DNA of 64,000 nucleotides from Oligoflexales bacterium (lineage in GTDB: Bacteria; Bdellovibrionota_B; Oligoflexia; Oligoflexales; CAIYRB01): the NCBI GenBank assembly GCA_041736175.1, contig JBGSUI010000217.1, positions 1 through 64,000 of the forward strand. Reading direction: 5' to 3'. The number at the start of each line of letters is the position of its first letter. The stretch's first letter is position 1. The notes beneath the pieces were generated by a model. That model did not search any database, had not been told where the DNA came from, and saw only the letters and a program-made list of their open reading frames with translations. The translations under genes and the position numbers were made by a program. Below are positions 29,266 through 39,903 of the stretch, one piece after another.

Positions 29266-29871
29266 CTATTGAACTTTGGGGCCACTGTTAACAGATAAAG
29301 ACTTTACAAAGAGTTTATGCCGATAGTCTAAGAGCTCATCTATGCTTTCAGTAATATCATCCATAGCTCGATGAGATCCTTTGGGTTTGGTAAACTTTGC
29401 ATCCTCCCCATACCACCTGAGTCCCAGCTCCTTAACGGTGCTGACATCAATCATTCGGTAGTGGAGGTACGACTCAAGGCGAGGCATATAACGGCTTAGA
29501 AAACGTCGGTCCTGCCAGATGCTATTACCACATAGAGGGCTCACTTTAGCATCCAAATGGGACTTGATAAATTCCAAAGTCGCTTCTTCTGCATAGGCAG
29601 TCGTGATGGTCGAAGTGACTACTTTTTCCCATAGACCAGACTTAGTATGATGTTCACGGTTCCAGTCATCCATCAATTCAAACCGTTCCCGCGGTTGGTG
29701 GATTATAAATTCAGGTCCCCGTGCAGTGATCTTGAGATCGGAATCTGTCACCAAGGTCGCCATCTCGATAATCACATCCTTGTCAGGGTCAAGACCAGTC
29801 ATTTCCAAATCCATCCAAACCAGCAAACCTTGGCCTCTAGGGGGAGTTTTTTCTGTTGCTGCCATCTTCAA
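29266..29871 (-). CDS. orn: oligoribonuclease
   Basis: LVWMDLEMTGL, HTKSGL, CGNSIWQDRRF, HYRMIDVS, HRAMDDI.ES. Confidence 0.95.
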   Translation of the reverse strand: MKMAATEKTPPRGQGLLVWMDLEMTGLDPDKDVIIEMATLVTDSDLKITARGPEFIIHQPRERFELMDDWNREHHTKSGLWEKVVTSTITTAYAEEATLEFIKSHLDAKVSPLCGNSIWQDRRFLSRYMPRLESYLHYRMIDVSTVKELGLRWYGEDAKFTKPKGSHRAMDDITESIDELLDYRHKLFVKSLSVNSGPKVQ

Positions 29872-30067
29872 CTCTATCCTTTATAAAAAAACAATGTGCC
29901 GAGTCCGCATCGCACCCGGTGAGACTCCTAGCTAGACAAGGTTTGCCTCGATAGCCTATCATACCTCTTTTAGCGGGATTCTAGGGATGCCAACTATAAA
30001 AAAAGCCCCTTGAAAAACCAACAATCTATGAAGCCGTCCACCGGACTTTTTGAAAAGGAGCATTTTG

Positions 30068-31147
30068 ATGAAATTGGCTAGGTTTTTAGGTAGTTTATCT
30101 CTATTACTGTCGATTTCTACAGCCCCTCTTTTGGGACAATCGGCTGACAAGAAACCCGTTGCATTCAAAGTGGCCGGCAAAGACACCTTTATGGAAGAGG
30201 TGCTAAAGTCCGATCAGGCATCCTTTTACGAATTAGAAAAAAAGAAATTTGATCTTATTGATCGGCTTGCAAAAGAAAAATACCTAGAACACTTTTGGCA
30301 GACCAAGGCCAAAGATTCTGGCAAATCGGTTGCAGAGGCACAAAAGGAATACGAGACCAAAAATCTAAAAATTTCTGACAAAGAGGTAAAGGAAACCCTC
30401 GATAAATTTAAAGACCATCCCAGTTTGCAAAAACTCGACAAAGCAGAACAAGAGCGCCAGGTCAGAGAGTACCTAGGAGATCGTAGTAAACGGGAGCTTT
30501 ATGACTCCATCATAGAGACTGGTCTTAAGAAAGGCGAACTAGTCATCCTTTACCCAGAGCCTGTCGAACCCGTGTACAATGTTACCGTAACTGCTGATGA
30601 TCACGTCCGATTTGGTCCTGACATCACCGATACCAAACCCATTTCTTGCAAGGCTGATGATTGTCCTATTACGATCGTGGAATACTCAGAATTTCAATGC
30701 CCCTATTGCGTTAAAGTCTTGGGCGATGTTAAAAAGACGCTCACAGAGTACAAAGGCAAGATTAGATGGGTTGTCCGGGACTTTCCCCTTAGCTTCCATG
30801 ACAGGGCACGTCCAGCGGCCATCGCTGCAAAGTGCGCGGCGGAACAGGGAAAATACTGGCAAATGTACACAATTCTCTTTGAAAACCAACAAAATCTTAG
30901 TGATGCAGACTTTAAAAGCCATGCCGGTAAAATCGGTCTAGACAAAAGTAAATTTGACCAATGCCTTGCGAGCCCTGGCGCGGTTGAGGCAAAAATCGAC
31001 CGCAATTTCCAATCAGGAGTGCAACTTGGGGTTTCAGGAACTCCGGCTTTCTTTATCAACGGAAAAAAACTATCGGGAGCTGTCCCCTTTAGCGAGTTTA
31101 AAAGAATCATCGAAAATGACTTAGCTCAAAAATCCAAAAAGTCCTGA
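30068..31147 (+). CDS. DsbA-family thioredoxin-fold protein
   Basis: Signal peptide, YSEFQCPYC, DFPL.FH, GVSGTPAF. Confidence 0.88.
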   Translation: MKLARFLGSLSLLLSISTAPLLGQSADKKPVAFKVAGKDTFMEEVLKSDQASFYELEKKKFDLIDRLAKEKYLEHFWQTKAKDSGKSVAEAQKEYETKNLKISDKEVKETLDKFKDHPSLQKLDKAEQERQVREYLGDRSKRELYDSIIETGLKKGELVILYPEPVEPVYNVTVTADDHVRFGPDITDTKPISCKADDCPITIVEYSEFQCPYCVKVLGDVKKTLTEYKGKIRWVVRDFPLSFHDRARPAAIAAKCAAEQGKYWQMYTILFENQQNLSDADFKSHAGKIGLDKSKFDQCLASPGAVEAKIDRNFQSGVQLGVSGTPAFFINGKKLSGAVPFSEFKRIIENDLAQKSKKS

Positions 31148-31247
31148 AGGATTCGATCAGTTCTTTCTTTATTCGACCCGTACTCTAAACTCCAGGCACC
31201 GTTCAACCGAAAGCTAATTGAAACGCCGTGCCTGGAGTCTAAATGAT

Positions 31248-31646
31248 ATGAGTACCAGAAAAGAGAGCCGAAAAAATCTACGGGTCAAGTTAAAGAGTGC
31301 CCTCCATGTCGTTATGGGTTCCATAGGCGCTGAGGTCCGGTACGACGTAACAACCAGAAATATCTCCCATACTGGATTTTTTCTAGATTTTGAAAAACCG
31401 GGAAGATTTCCGTTTACTCCAGCGAGTATCTTAGAAATTTGGATAGAATTTGAGCCAGGGGTCGGAGTTTTTTTCAACGGTAAAATGGCTAGAGTCGTCT
31501 ATCCTGGAGAGGATCGTGCCAAGGAGACAGGGCCAGGGATTGCCGTCAGGATCATCCAGATCGATACCAAAAATGAAAAGATTCTGTATGAGTTTATCGA
31601 TCGCAAGGTCAGAGAATCAAACGATAAAAAATTCCATGTAGCTTAA
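31248..31646 (+). CDS. PilZ domain protein
   Basis: RKESR and NISHTG c-di-GMP-binding motifs. Confidence 0.8.
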   Translation: MSTRKESRKNLRVKLKSALHVVMGSIGAEVRYDVTTRNISHTGFFLDFEKPGRFPFTPASILEIWIEFEPGVGVFFNGKMARVVYPGEDRAKETGPGIAVRIIQIDTKNEKILYEFIDRKVRESNDKKFHVA

Positions 31647-31742
31647 ACAAATTTCTTCTAAAGTTTGTATTTCATTTTGACGATATACAAAGTATATGGA
31701 AATTTAGAGGCTTTTTCCACCACTTACAAGGAGATTGCCTTT

Positions 31743-32057
31743 ATGCGCAACAAATCTACACCCAGGTCAATTGCTATTGGAGCGGTTCAACAATTAAGCG
31801 TTGGAACCCAGTATCTGATATGGCTATTTCTTGTAGCCTCTGCATGGTTTTCTGGACTTGCCTTTGGAGCTAAGGAAACACCTATCACCCAGCCTTCTGG
31901 GGAAGGACAGTTTGTGACTACAACTCCTACCAATCGGGCTATGGCCGAACTAAAGCTCCGTCAACTCAAACAAGCACTTTCTAAAAATAATTACCATGCT
32001 GACCATATTTTAGATCGTATCGAAATCTTACAAAAACAACTTCACGGAGAGCGTTGA
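31743..32057 (+). CDS. hypothetical membrane/exported protein
   Basis: AAGGAG RBS before ATG 31743; one hydrophobic segment. Confidence 0.5.
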   Translation: MRNKSTPRSIAIGAVQQLSVGTQYLIWLFLVASAWFSGLAFGAKETPITQPSGEGQFVTTTPTNRAMAELKLRQLKQALSKNNYHADHILDRIEILQKQLHGER

Positions 32058-32114
32058 TGACTCTAAGGCCTGACTCTGGCATAATGGAAGAGTGATGTAC
32101 AAGGAGTCTTTTGC

Positions 32115-32345
32115 ATGAATTGGAAATCGGTAGCAATCCCCGAAGGTAGCAAGTTGTTTAAATCCCATAGCTTTACCTTTGTATACAAGGGTGCTACCTA
32201 CCTTTTACAAGTGGATGAACATAGAGATGGTAATTTTACCGGTCACGGTGAACATTCCACCGACAAAAGCAACGTCCTAGCTTCCGTCCATGGGAGCACC
32301 TTAGATGAATGTCTCACTCAGCTCATTGCGCGCATTAAGAAATAA
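32115..32345 (+). CDS. small hypothetical protein
   Basis: AAGGAG RBS; 76-aa compact beta/alpha-like ORF. Confidence 0.6.
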   Translation: MNWKSVAIPEGSKLFKSHSFTFVYKGATYLLQVDEHRDGNFTGHGEHSTDKSNVLASVHGSTLDECLTQLIARIKK

Positions 32346-32374
32346 ATGCACCCGTTGCTACAAAGGCCCTAGAG

Positions 32375-33574
32375 TTGACAAAGTCCCTAGTTATAGGAAT
32401 CGAGCGGCTTTACAAGAATCCGGAGATGACCCAATCTTGGGGGCGATGCGGGTTATTGATCAATCAAGCATCCGTTAATCGAAGTTTTATACCGAGTTGG
32501 AAGCTACTCCAAGAGATCCTGGGAGTTCGATTAACCTGCCTTTTTGGCCCTCAGCACGGTTTTGCTGGTACGGCCCAAGACAATATGATTGAAACCTCCC
32601 ATGCCACCCATGTAGCTACCGGCCTTAGGGTCTTTAGCCTTTATTCCGAGACAAGGCGTCCCAATGAATTTATGTTTTCTCACCTAGATACACTGATGAT
32701 AGACTTACAAATTGTCGGCTGTCGCATCTACACGTGGAAGTCGACCATTGCAGAATGCCTCAGGGCCGCTAAGGAGTTTGGTAAGCGGATTGTCATCTTG
32801 GACCGTCCAAACCCTCTAGGAGGAGAAGTCTTAGAGGGGCGAACGTTAGACGATGACTGCCACTCCTTTGTCGGCCAATTTAAGATGCCAATGCGGCATG
32901 GGCTCACAGCGGGTGAAGCAGCCCTCTTTTTTAATGAATCCATCCAAGCTGAACTTGAAATCGTTTCTATGATCGGCTGGAAAGCAAAAACCCTTTGGAG
33001 CGAGCTGGATCGATCTTGGGTTTTGACGTCGCCCAATCTGCCATCGGTGGACTCTGTTTTTGTGTACCCTGGGACTGTACTCCTTGAGGGTACCAATCTT
33101 TCAGAAGGCCGAGGGACCGGGTTACCATTTCAGTTGATAGGAGCACCCTATTTCCGCTCGGGACAGCAACTCATCAACCTGATCGAACGGTACCCACAGG
33201 TCTGCGCAGGTCTTATTCTTAGGGAAGCTGCCTTTGAGCCCACTTCGCAAAAATGGAAAGGCGAAGTGTGCAATGGATTACAACTCCATGTCACCGACCC
33301 AACCAAGGTCCGTAGTTTTGGCTTGACCCTTGCTCTTATAAAATCAGCCATGGATCTTAGCGATCATTTTGCCTGGCGCTCGCCACCCTATGAATACGAC
33401 TATGAGACTCTTCCTATCAAACTGATTCTAGGTAGCCACAAAATAGAAAAACATCTTTCAAAAACTAACTTCAATCTTGAAGATCCGTTTTGGAGAGAGG
33501 GAATCGACGCCTATGTTTCAAACGTTGCACGATTTCTTCTCTACCCCAGAGAGTCCTTTAGTGATGCAAAATAA
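32375..33574 (+). CDS. namZ: exo-beta-N-acetylmuramidase NamZ family (DUF1343)
   Basis: LFGPQHG, FSLY, DLQ.VGCRIYT, LDRPNPLGG, RHGLT.GE, SPNLP, SEGRGT. Confidence 0.85.
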   Translation: MTKSLVIGIERLYKNPEMTQSWGRCGLLINQASVNRSFIPSWKLLQEILGVRLTCLFGPQHGFAGTAQDNMIETSHATHVATGLRVFSLYSETRRPNEFMFSHLDTLMIDLQIVGCRIYTWKSTIAECLRAAKEFGKRIVILDRPNPLGGEVLEGRTLDDDCHSFVGQFKMPMRHGLTAGEAALFFNESIQAELEIVSMIGWKAKTLWSELDRSWVLTSPNLPSVDSVFVYPGTVLLEGTNLSEGRGTGLPFQLIGAPYFRSGQQLINLIERYPQVCAGLILREAAFEPTSQKWKGEVCNGLQLHVTDPTKVRSFGLTLALIKSAMDLSDHFAWRSPPYEYDYETLPIKLILGSHKIEKHLSKTNFNLEDPFWREGIDAYVSNVARFLLYPRESFSDAK

Positions 33575-33576
33575 TC

Positions 33577-33606
33577 AAAGGGGGGCTCGAAGCTGCTACC
33601 CCCTTT
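33577..33606. terminator. possible bidirectional terminator between convergent genes
   Basis: AAAGGGGG...CCCCCTTT inverted repeat. Confidence 0.4.
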
Positions 33607-35155
33607 AGTGACTTAACTTGCTTGCTGCATGGGATGAAGGTTCCTTAACCAAATCCCAAAATTTTTGACTGCGTTTGAGAGCTTGAAGATCATTGTCTAC
33701 TCTTGCAGTATATACAAGACGAGGGTCAAGGGAAAATGCCTCGGCAAGAGTGGCAATCGCTTCGTCTCTCCGGCCTAGAAGTGCAAGGACGCATGCTTCG
33801 TTATACCGAGCAGTGGCATCATTAGGATCGATTTCGGTTGCCACGGCAAATAGCTTCAGAGCGTCACTAAACTTTTTATTTCTATAAAAAGCTAGCCCCA
33901 TGCCATTGTAGTAATCCCCTCGATCAGGTTCTAAAACAATCGCATTAGAAAAAGCTTTAACCGCCTCGTCGTGCTGGAGCAGGTGCTCTGACAGAGTCTC
34001 TCCAAGCAAAGCATGGTACACTCCTTGTCCGCGAAACTTTAGACTGACTTGCCCAAGAAGTGTCGCAAGCTGCTGATAGGACTTGCTGGCTTTGCAAGAG
34101 CGGGCGATAAAATCTAAAATCCCAACATTGGCAGGATCGATTTCAAGCGCCGAAATAAAGCTCTTTTGTGCACTCTGGAAATCTTTAGATCCTAATTGGG
34201 CAACGCCTAAGTGAGCATAAACCATTGCTAGCATGGCTGGCTGCATGCTGGTTTGGTATCGACTTAGGGCAAGCGAAAAACCATTAATCGCTAATTTATG
34301 CTGGCCCAAAGATTGGTACGAGACGATCGCTCGGTTGATCATCGCCTCTCGATGAAAAGGATCTTCGGAGAGAATACGATCGTAAGTCTTTAAAGCGGCC
34401 TTATAATCACCCATTTCACTAAAAGCTATGGCTTTGGTAAGCTGAAAAAGCTGCGATGGAAACTTTTGATTCCATTCCTCCAATTTTTCAATTAACTTAA
34501 TACCGCTATGTTCAGATTGCAGGATCGCCACCAAGTGGGGAACCACAATCGCACTAAGGGTATCGGGGTATCTTAAGGATTTTTCAAGCAGCTCTAAGAC
34601 TCGACTGCTTCCAACCTCGGCGGATGTCAGTCGCGCTCTTGTAAAACTAAATCGCCAATTATCCCGTACTCCAAATGCTTCTGCCTCGCCCAAAATCCGA
34701 ATCGCTCGATCCGGACTGCTCATAGCGTCTAAAATCTCTGCCATAGCGACGTATCCGATCGGACTTTTAGGTTCGAGATCGATCGCTTGCTGGGCCATTT
34801 CCGAAGCTTGTTTTAGGAGGAATAAATCACTTGGGTCCTTAGAAAACCGCCGGACCAAGATATGGGACAAAAGATAATGTGCCCTAGCGTTGGCTGGTTG
34901 CAGTTGTATGACCCGGACAATCTGGTTCTCAATACTAGAAAGTTGGCTCTCTTCTGAAGTAAAGGCCAATATCTCTAAAGTGACTAAGTCATCGACTAAA
35001 AGACTCGCTCGGGCTTTGCCACTAAAAACCAAAACCGTGATAGTGCAAATAAAACTACACAACATTATGAGATCAATTAGAGATCTATCCCGATAGGCTC
35101 GTGCTAGGACTTTTAGAGGTCCCCGTTGAGAAGACCATTTTCGGTTTAGTTTCAT
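33605..35155 (-). CDS. tetratricopeptide repeat protein
   Basis: N-terminal TM; many TPRs; C-terminal YNEAC.LA..G...A...L..A...DP. Confidence 0.85.
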   Translation of the reverse strand: MKLNRKWSSQRGPLKVLARAYRDRSLIDLIMLCSFICTITVLVFSGKARASLLVDDLVTLEILAFTSEESQLSSIENQIVRVIQLQPANARAHYLLSHILVRRFSKDPSDLFLLKQASEMAQQAIDLEPKSPIGYVAMAEILDAMSSPDRAIRILGEAEAFGVRDNWRFSFTRARLTSAEVGSSRVLELLEKSLRYPDTLSAIVVPHLVAILQSEHSGIKLIEKLEEWNQKFPSQLFQLTKAIAFSEMGDYKAALKTYDRILSEDPFHREAMINRAIVSYQSLGQHKLAINGFSLALSRYQTSMQPAMLAMVYAHLGVAQLGSKDFQSAQKSFISALEIDPANVGILDFIARSCKASKSYQQLATLLGQVSLKFRGQGVYHALLGETLSEHLLQHDEAVKAFSNAIVLEPDRGDYYNGMGLAFYRNKKFSDALKLFAVATEIDPNDATARYNEACVLALLGRRDEAIATLAEAFSLDPRLVYTARVDNDLQALKRSQKFWDLVKEPSSHAASKLSH

Positions 35156-35418
35156 AAAACACTGCCCCCTTGGAGAGTCTCATTAGGTTTTACCAGTGAT
35201 TTGATAACAACCCTCCATATCTCATCGGCATTTTCAGATATTTTGTTTAACGATTAATTAGTTTTTATTTTACTGCCAATGGTCTGGTTTCTTCCCTCAA
35301 GACCTCCAAAATCTAATAACCACCGATACTAACTAGGTAAATTTTTCATCCCACTAGGCAAATTTAAGCTTAGCACTAGGTTCGTCGATACCTATTAGGT
35401 CATCGAAAGGCAAACTAC

Positions 35419-38052
35419 ATGGTTCAAAAACCAGACATCAAACCAAACTCTAGAAGAGTAGGCCTCTTTTCGACATTGGCATTATTAGCGATTAGCATAG
35501 CGATTCTCTGTAGTTCCATAGTTTTCAGCTACTACATCGATTCGGGGAAGGGCGAAAAAGCCGCTGCTAAACTCAATAAAGTCATCCTAGGAAATGCAAA
35601 AAAATCAGTATTTTCAGACAAATCTGGCGCCAAAGCCTCGGCCTACCAAACGACTTCTGAACTGCAGATTCTCAGTGAGTCCATCCTATCCATTATGCAG
35701 AGCTACTATGTCGATCCCGACCGTGTTAACAACCATTTTATCTTGTTGGCTTTAGTCGACGTCCTCAGAAAAAACAGCAGAATTAAGGCGACATTAACCC
35801 CCCCAGACATTGGAGAGTCCTCTGATCAAGAACTGGTATTGGAGGTAGACCAAAAGGTCTCTCGATGGCCCCTCGCTCGTCCTATGAGTCACAATAACCT
35901 CGCGGAACTTTATGTACAGATCACAAAAGTTTTGGAAAAGCATCGGATAAAATTCCCCTTGGCTGACGGTGAAGCTCCTTTAGCTGATAGCCCAGCATCC
36001 CGAGAAAACCCATTAATAATTGAACTTTTTTCAAAGACTCTTTCGACACTCGATGCCCATAGCGCACTTCTTTCACCACAGGCATATCGCGAACTGCGCC
36101 AAGGTACAGAAGGCAGTTTTGGTGGACTAGGTGTCTTAGTGGGTATCAGAGATCATTTGTTAACCGTCATCAAACCCTTGCCAAAAAGTCCTGCACAGCG
36201 GTTTGGCATCAAAACTTTTGATCGTATCGTTGGGATCAATGGTAAGGATACGTTTGGTTTTACCCTCGAACAAATGGTCGAATATATGCGAGGCGAACCT
36301 GGAACAAACGTTCACCTTTCGCTGCTTCGCAAAGATGCAGCAACGCCAATCCAAGTTCATCTTAAAAGGGAAATCATCCAAGTTGACTCTATATCAAGCG
36401 AAGAGATTGTCTCTAAAAAGGGCTCTTTTTTAAAGATCAATATCGAAAACTTTGCATCTCGAACCTCTCGAGAGGTCTTAACTGCGATTAAAAATTTTAA
36501 AAATAAGCACCATGGACAATTAGACGGCCTTATCTTAGACCTTCGCTCCAACCCCGGGGGGCTCCTCGATCAGGCTGTCCAAGTCGCTGATCTTTTCCTG
36601 CCATCGGGTGTCATCGTCAGCACAAGAGGTCGACGAGAAGAGGTCGAAAAAGCAGGTAGCGGAATCGATGAAATGAGTTTTCCAATCATGATTTTAATCG
36701 ACGGAGATTCGGCTTCTGCATCTGAAATCGTGGCGGGAGCACTTCAGGATCACGGGCGATCCCTTATCCTCGGACAACCAAGTTTTGGCAAGGGTTCAGT
36801 TCAAACAATTTTTGAATTACCTCAGGAGAGGGCACTCAAAATCACTATAGCAAGGTATTACACACCAAGCGGTCGGTCGATACAAAATATAGGCATCATT
36901 CCTGATTTGTGGCTGCAACCCATCTTTCAAAAAAAGAAAAATGAAAATCTCTTAGGTTCGTATCGATACAAAAACGAAAGGTACCTTCGTAACCATTTAG
37001 AAGGCACCAAAGAATCGGGAACAACTTCTTTACGGGTTCCTGCATTAAAAGCTTACTATCTTGCGGAATCAACTCCAGACTTAGAATACGATGAAAACGC
37101 GCCGAAGGAATTTGACCGGGAGCGGGAAATCGCACTCCTGATTCTTAGAAAAATCCATAGCACTTATAAGGGTTCGCCCACCGAACTCGCATTAAGAGCA
37201 AGCCATTGGTTAGGACTTGCAGGTCCTGAAGTCATTTCGAGGTTTAATGATCTCGATCAAGAAGCCATTTCTTGGCTCAACAAGAAACATGAAATCCAGT
37301 GGACTAAGCCCAAATGGTTTCATGACGGCGACCTGGTATCACTCCAAATAACTGAGAGTGACGCCGAAGCGACGATCGGTGATAACTACAAAATTCCGTT
37401 TTCCATTAAGAATAACAGCCAAAAACAATTGGATAGAGTGAGCATTTTCCTTAGATCTGAACATCCACTTTTTGAGACCCAAGAGATTCTCATAGGCAGT
37501 GTTGGACCAGGTCAAACCAGCCATGGACATCTTAGCTTTCTGATACCTAACAGTTGGGAGCCAGGAATTCTCGCACTTAGAATCGGCGTGGCCATCGATT
37601 CATGGCCAGTATCTACTGCCGTTGCTAACCAAAATTTGACGATTAATCCACGAAAACTCGCTACTATAAAGGCTTGGACAAAATTAATTGAAGAGAGAGA
37701 CGGAACTTCCAATGATAGTTTAGAGTCCCAAGAAAAGGCCAAAATAAGGGTAGCTCTTGAAAACAATAGTCAGGTACCCGCCAGCGATGTTGTAGTCAGA
37801 GTCATCAATTTATCAGGAAAACAAGCAGTTTTAGCCTCACATCCACAAAACTTAAAAACCATACCACCAAAACAAACAATATTAGTTGATTTTGATATTG
37901 AAGCATCACAGATTCTGCACGTTTCGAGTTTAGATTTCGGACTACAAATTGAAAGTCAGTCAATTAAAGCAATTTATAAAGACCATTTCAAAATAAAATC
38001 GATACCAAACTCAGATATATCTATTAAAAAAACTCAGAATTTGGGCCACTAA
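35419..38052 (+). CDS. S41 C-terminal processing protease with C-terminal extension (MXAN_5808-like)
   Basis: LDAHS, FGGLG PDZ, LDLRSNPGG, SASASEI (Ser), FGKGSVQ (Lys), ARYYTPSG. Confidence 0.9.
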   Translation: MVQKPDIKPNSRRVGLFSTLALLAISIAILCSSIVFSYYIDSGKGEKAAAKLNKVILGNAKKSVFSDKSGAKASAYQTTSELQILSESILSIMQSYYVDPDRVNNHFILLALVDVLRKNSRIKATLTPPDIGESSDQELVLEVDQKVSRWPLARPMSHNNLAELYVQITKVLEKHRIKFPLADGEAPLADSPASRENPLIIELFSKTLSTLDAHSALLSPQAYRELRQGTEGSFGGLGVLVGIRDHLLTVIKPLPKSPAQRFGIKTFDRIVGINGKDTFGFTLEQMVEYMRGEPGTNVHLSLLRKDAATPIQVHLKREIIQVDSISSEEIVSKKGSFLKINIENFASRTSREVLTAIKNFKNKHHGQLDGLILDLRSNPGGLLDQAVQVADLFLPSGVIVSTRGRREEVEKAGSGIDEMSFPIMILIDGDSASASEIVAGALQDHGRSLILGQPSFGKGSVQTIFELPQERALKITIARYYTPSGRSIQNIGIIPDLWLQPIFQKKKNENLLGSYRYKNERYLRNHLEGTKESGTTSLRVPALKAYYLAESTPDLEYDENAPKEFDREREIALLILRKIHSTYKGSPTELALRASHWLGLAGPEVISRFNDLDQEAISWLNKKHEIQWTKPKWFHDGDLVSLQITESDAEATIGDNYKIPFSIKNNSQKQLDRVSIFLRSEHPLFETQEILIGSVGPGQTSHGHLSFLIPNSWEPGILALRIGVAIDSWPVSTAVANQNLTINPRKLATIKAWTKLIEERDGTSNDSLESQEKAKIRVALENNSQVPASDVVVRVINLSGKQAVLASHPQNLKTIPPKQTILVDFDIEASQILHVSSLDFGLQIESQSIKAIYKDHFKIKSIPNSDISIKKTQNLGH

Positions 38053-38068
38053 TACAATAAGGGCATTC

Positions 38069-39865
38069 ATGAAACCAAAACACAAGATCGGCATCGTAGC
38101 GGGGGACCAAAAACAGATCCAGTGTATTGAATTATTCGAACCTCTAAGGGACCAATATAACTTCACGGTGTATGCTTTTGACTATCCCGAAGTTCTTGAA
38201 TCGGCCCATTATGGACTACCACTAAGGGCCTATAACGAAGATCCTAAAATGCCTGGATTTATGAAAGGGCTCGAAGACCAGCTCTCCGGTATGGATGCCA
38301 TTATTGCTATCGAAACTTCTAGACTTGCTAGCTTTCAAGGTCTAAGAGCTGCTCGAAAATTTGGGATTCCCATTGGAGTGGTCACTACAGAATACCGACC
38401 ATTTTTCTACGAAAAATTCCGTAATATTCGAGCCATTCAATGCGATATATACAATAAATCATCTCGATACTGGACCCTCAGCTCAGCTTCAACGGCTCTC
38501 CTTAAATTGGAAGGCGTTGCACCAGAATTTATAAATGAACTTGGACCACGTCTCTCTCAGATTCCTACCGATGCTCATATCATAAAAAAAAGACGCAAAT
38601 TTCGCAAATATATAGAATTAAGTGACGATCATATCGTCATCCTAGCCAAGTTTGATTTGGAGCCTTCGTACCATAGCAGTATGCTTTTGCAGGGATTTGC
38701 GCAGTTTCTAAAACAATATCCTGCGAGCTCCAAGATGCGTCTTTTAGTGGTCGGCAGTGGTAGCAAGGCCCAAGAAATGAAATACCTTGCTGCTGATCTT
38801 GGAATAGGTAAATATGTTATGTTTATCCATCAAAAATCGACTCCATTTTTGGAGGATTTACTTGCTGCCAGTGATCTGTCGATAAGTCTGTGCCCCGATC
38901 ATCCAGAGTCTCACGAAGCGTTTCCTCAATGGATTGTGGCCGCGATGGCAAATAGGGTGATCCCTCTTTTTGAAAGTGGATGTCAAGAACTTGAACTCGT
39001 GAGTTCTATCAAAAACTTCTTAACACGCTTTAGTTTCCTTTCAAACTCTCCTGAATCTCTTGCAGCCCTGCTTATGATTTACTTAAAGAATCCAGAAGGT
39101 CTCGTCAGTCATAAAAATGAGATCTACGAGCACTCCAAAACTTTTCTGATGGATCAGGTCTATTTTGACTCTATGAATAAGGATTTAGAAGACCTCATCC
39201 ATGATGGGACCAAGATCAAAGAACAACATGGGGCCTTAGCAATCCTTAAAAATATGGAAAACCTGTTTCTGGAGAGTCGATTTACTGAACTGCTGTGTCT
39301 CATAGAAGAAACATTACTCCGCCAAAAAGAGCTTGGCCAAAAACAACTCCTATCTGTATTGGGATTTAAGGGCGATACGCTGACCCATTTAGGAGACCTA
39401 GAAAAAGCCGAGGAAACCTATCGGTATGGTCTAAGCATCGACCCAGATGACCTCCGTTGTCTGCGAGGATTAGGCCACCTCAACTGGCAATGCCATGCCC
39501 ATGACCAGGCGCTCAGCTTTTTTAAAAAAGCAGTCCATAAAAGCCCTGAAGATGGCCTATCTTGTTTTGGGATCGGGATGGTCTATAGTCGTTTAGGACT
39601 GGGAGAAGATGCCGTTTACTGGCTAGAGCGCAGCCTTCAGGCCCAACCACCCGCCCCTGGTGCATTGATGGCTATTGCCCAAACCTGTGCTGGCCTCCAG
39701 CAAACTCTGGTTGCCATCACTCTCCTGAGTAGGATTATAGAAAATCTTGGGGAACACAATATACTCTTGCTCACTTTAGGTCAGCTCTATCTCGCAGATG
39801 GCAAAGAGTCTTTAGGAAACGAGTTGATTGCCAAGGCTATGTCACGGCGACCTATGATCACTTAG
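38069..39865 (+). CDS. GT-B glycosyltransferase-like domain fused to TPR repeats
   Basis: LLVVGSG, LLAASD, EAFP....AAMA followed by C-terminal TPRs. Confidence 0.7.
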   Translation: MKPKHKIGIVAGDQKQIQCIELFEPLRDQYNFTVYAFDYPEVLESAHYGLPLRAYNEDPKMPGFMKGLEDQLSGMDAIIAIETSRLASFQGLRAARKFGIPIGVVTTEYRPFFYEKFRNIRAIQCDIYNKSSRYWTLSSASTALLKLEGVAPEFINELGPRLSQIPTDAHIIKKRRKFRKYIELSDDHIVILAKFDLEPSYHSSMLLQGFAQFLKQYPASSKMRLLVVGSGSKAQEMKYLAADLGIGKYVMFIHQKSTPFLEDLLAASDLSISLCPDHPESHEAFPQWIVAAMANRVIPLFESGCQELELVSSIKNFLTRFSFLSNSPESLAALLMIYLKNPEGLVSHKNEIYEHSKTFLMDQVYFDSMNKDLEDLIHDGTKIKEQHGALAILKNMENLFLESRFTELLCLIEETLLRQKELGQKQLLSVLGFKGDTLTHLGDLEKAEETYRYGLSIDPDDLRCLRGLGHLNWQCHAHDQALSFFKKAVHKSPEDGLSCFGIGMVYSRLGLGEDAVYWLERSLQAQPPAPGALMAIAQTCAGLQQTLVAITLLSRIIENLGEHNILLLTLGQLYLADGKESLGNELIAKAMSRRPMIT

Positions 39866-39903
39866 GTCGGTGACGCGAAATTTAAAACCAGCTGCGTTAG
39901 CAC

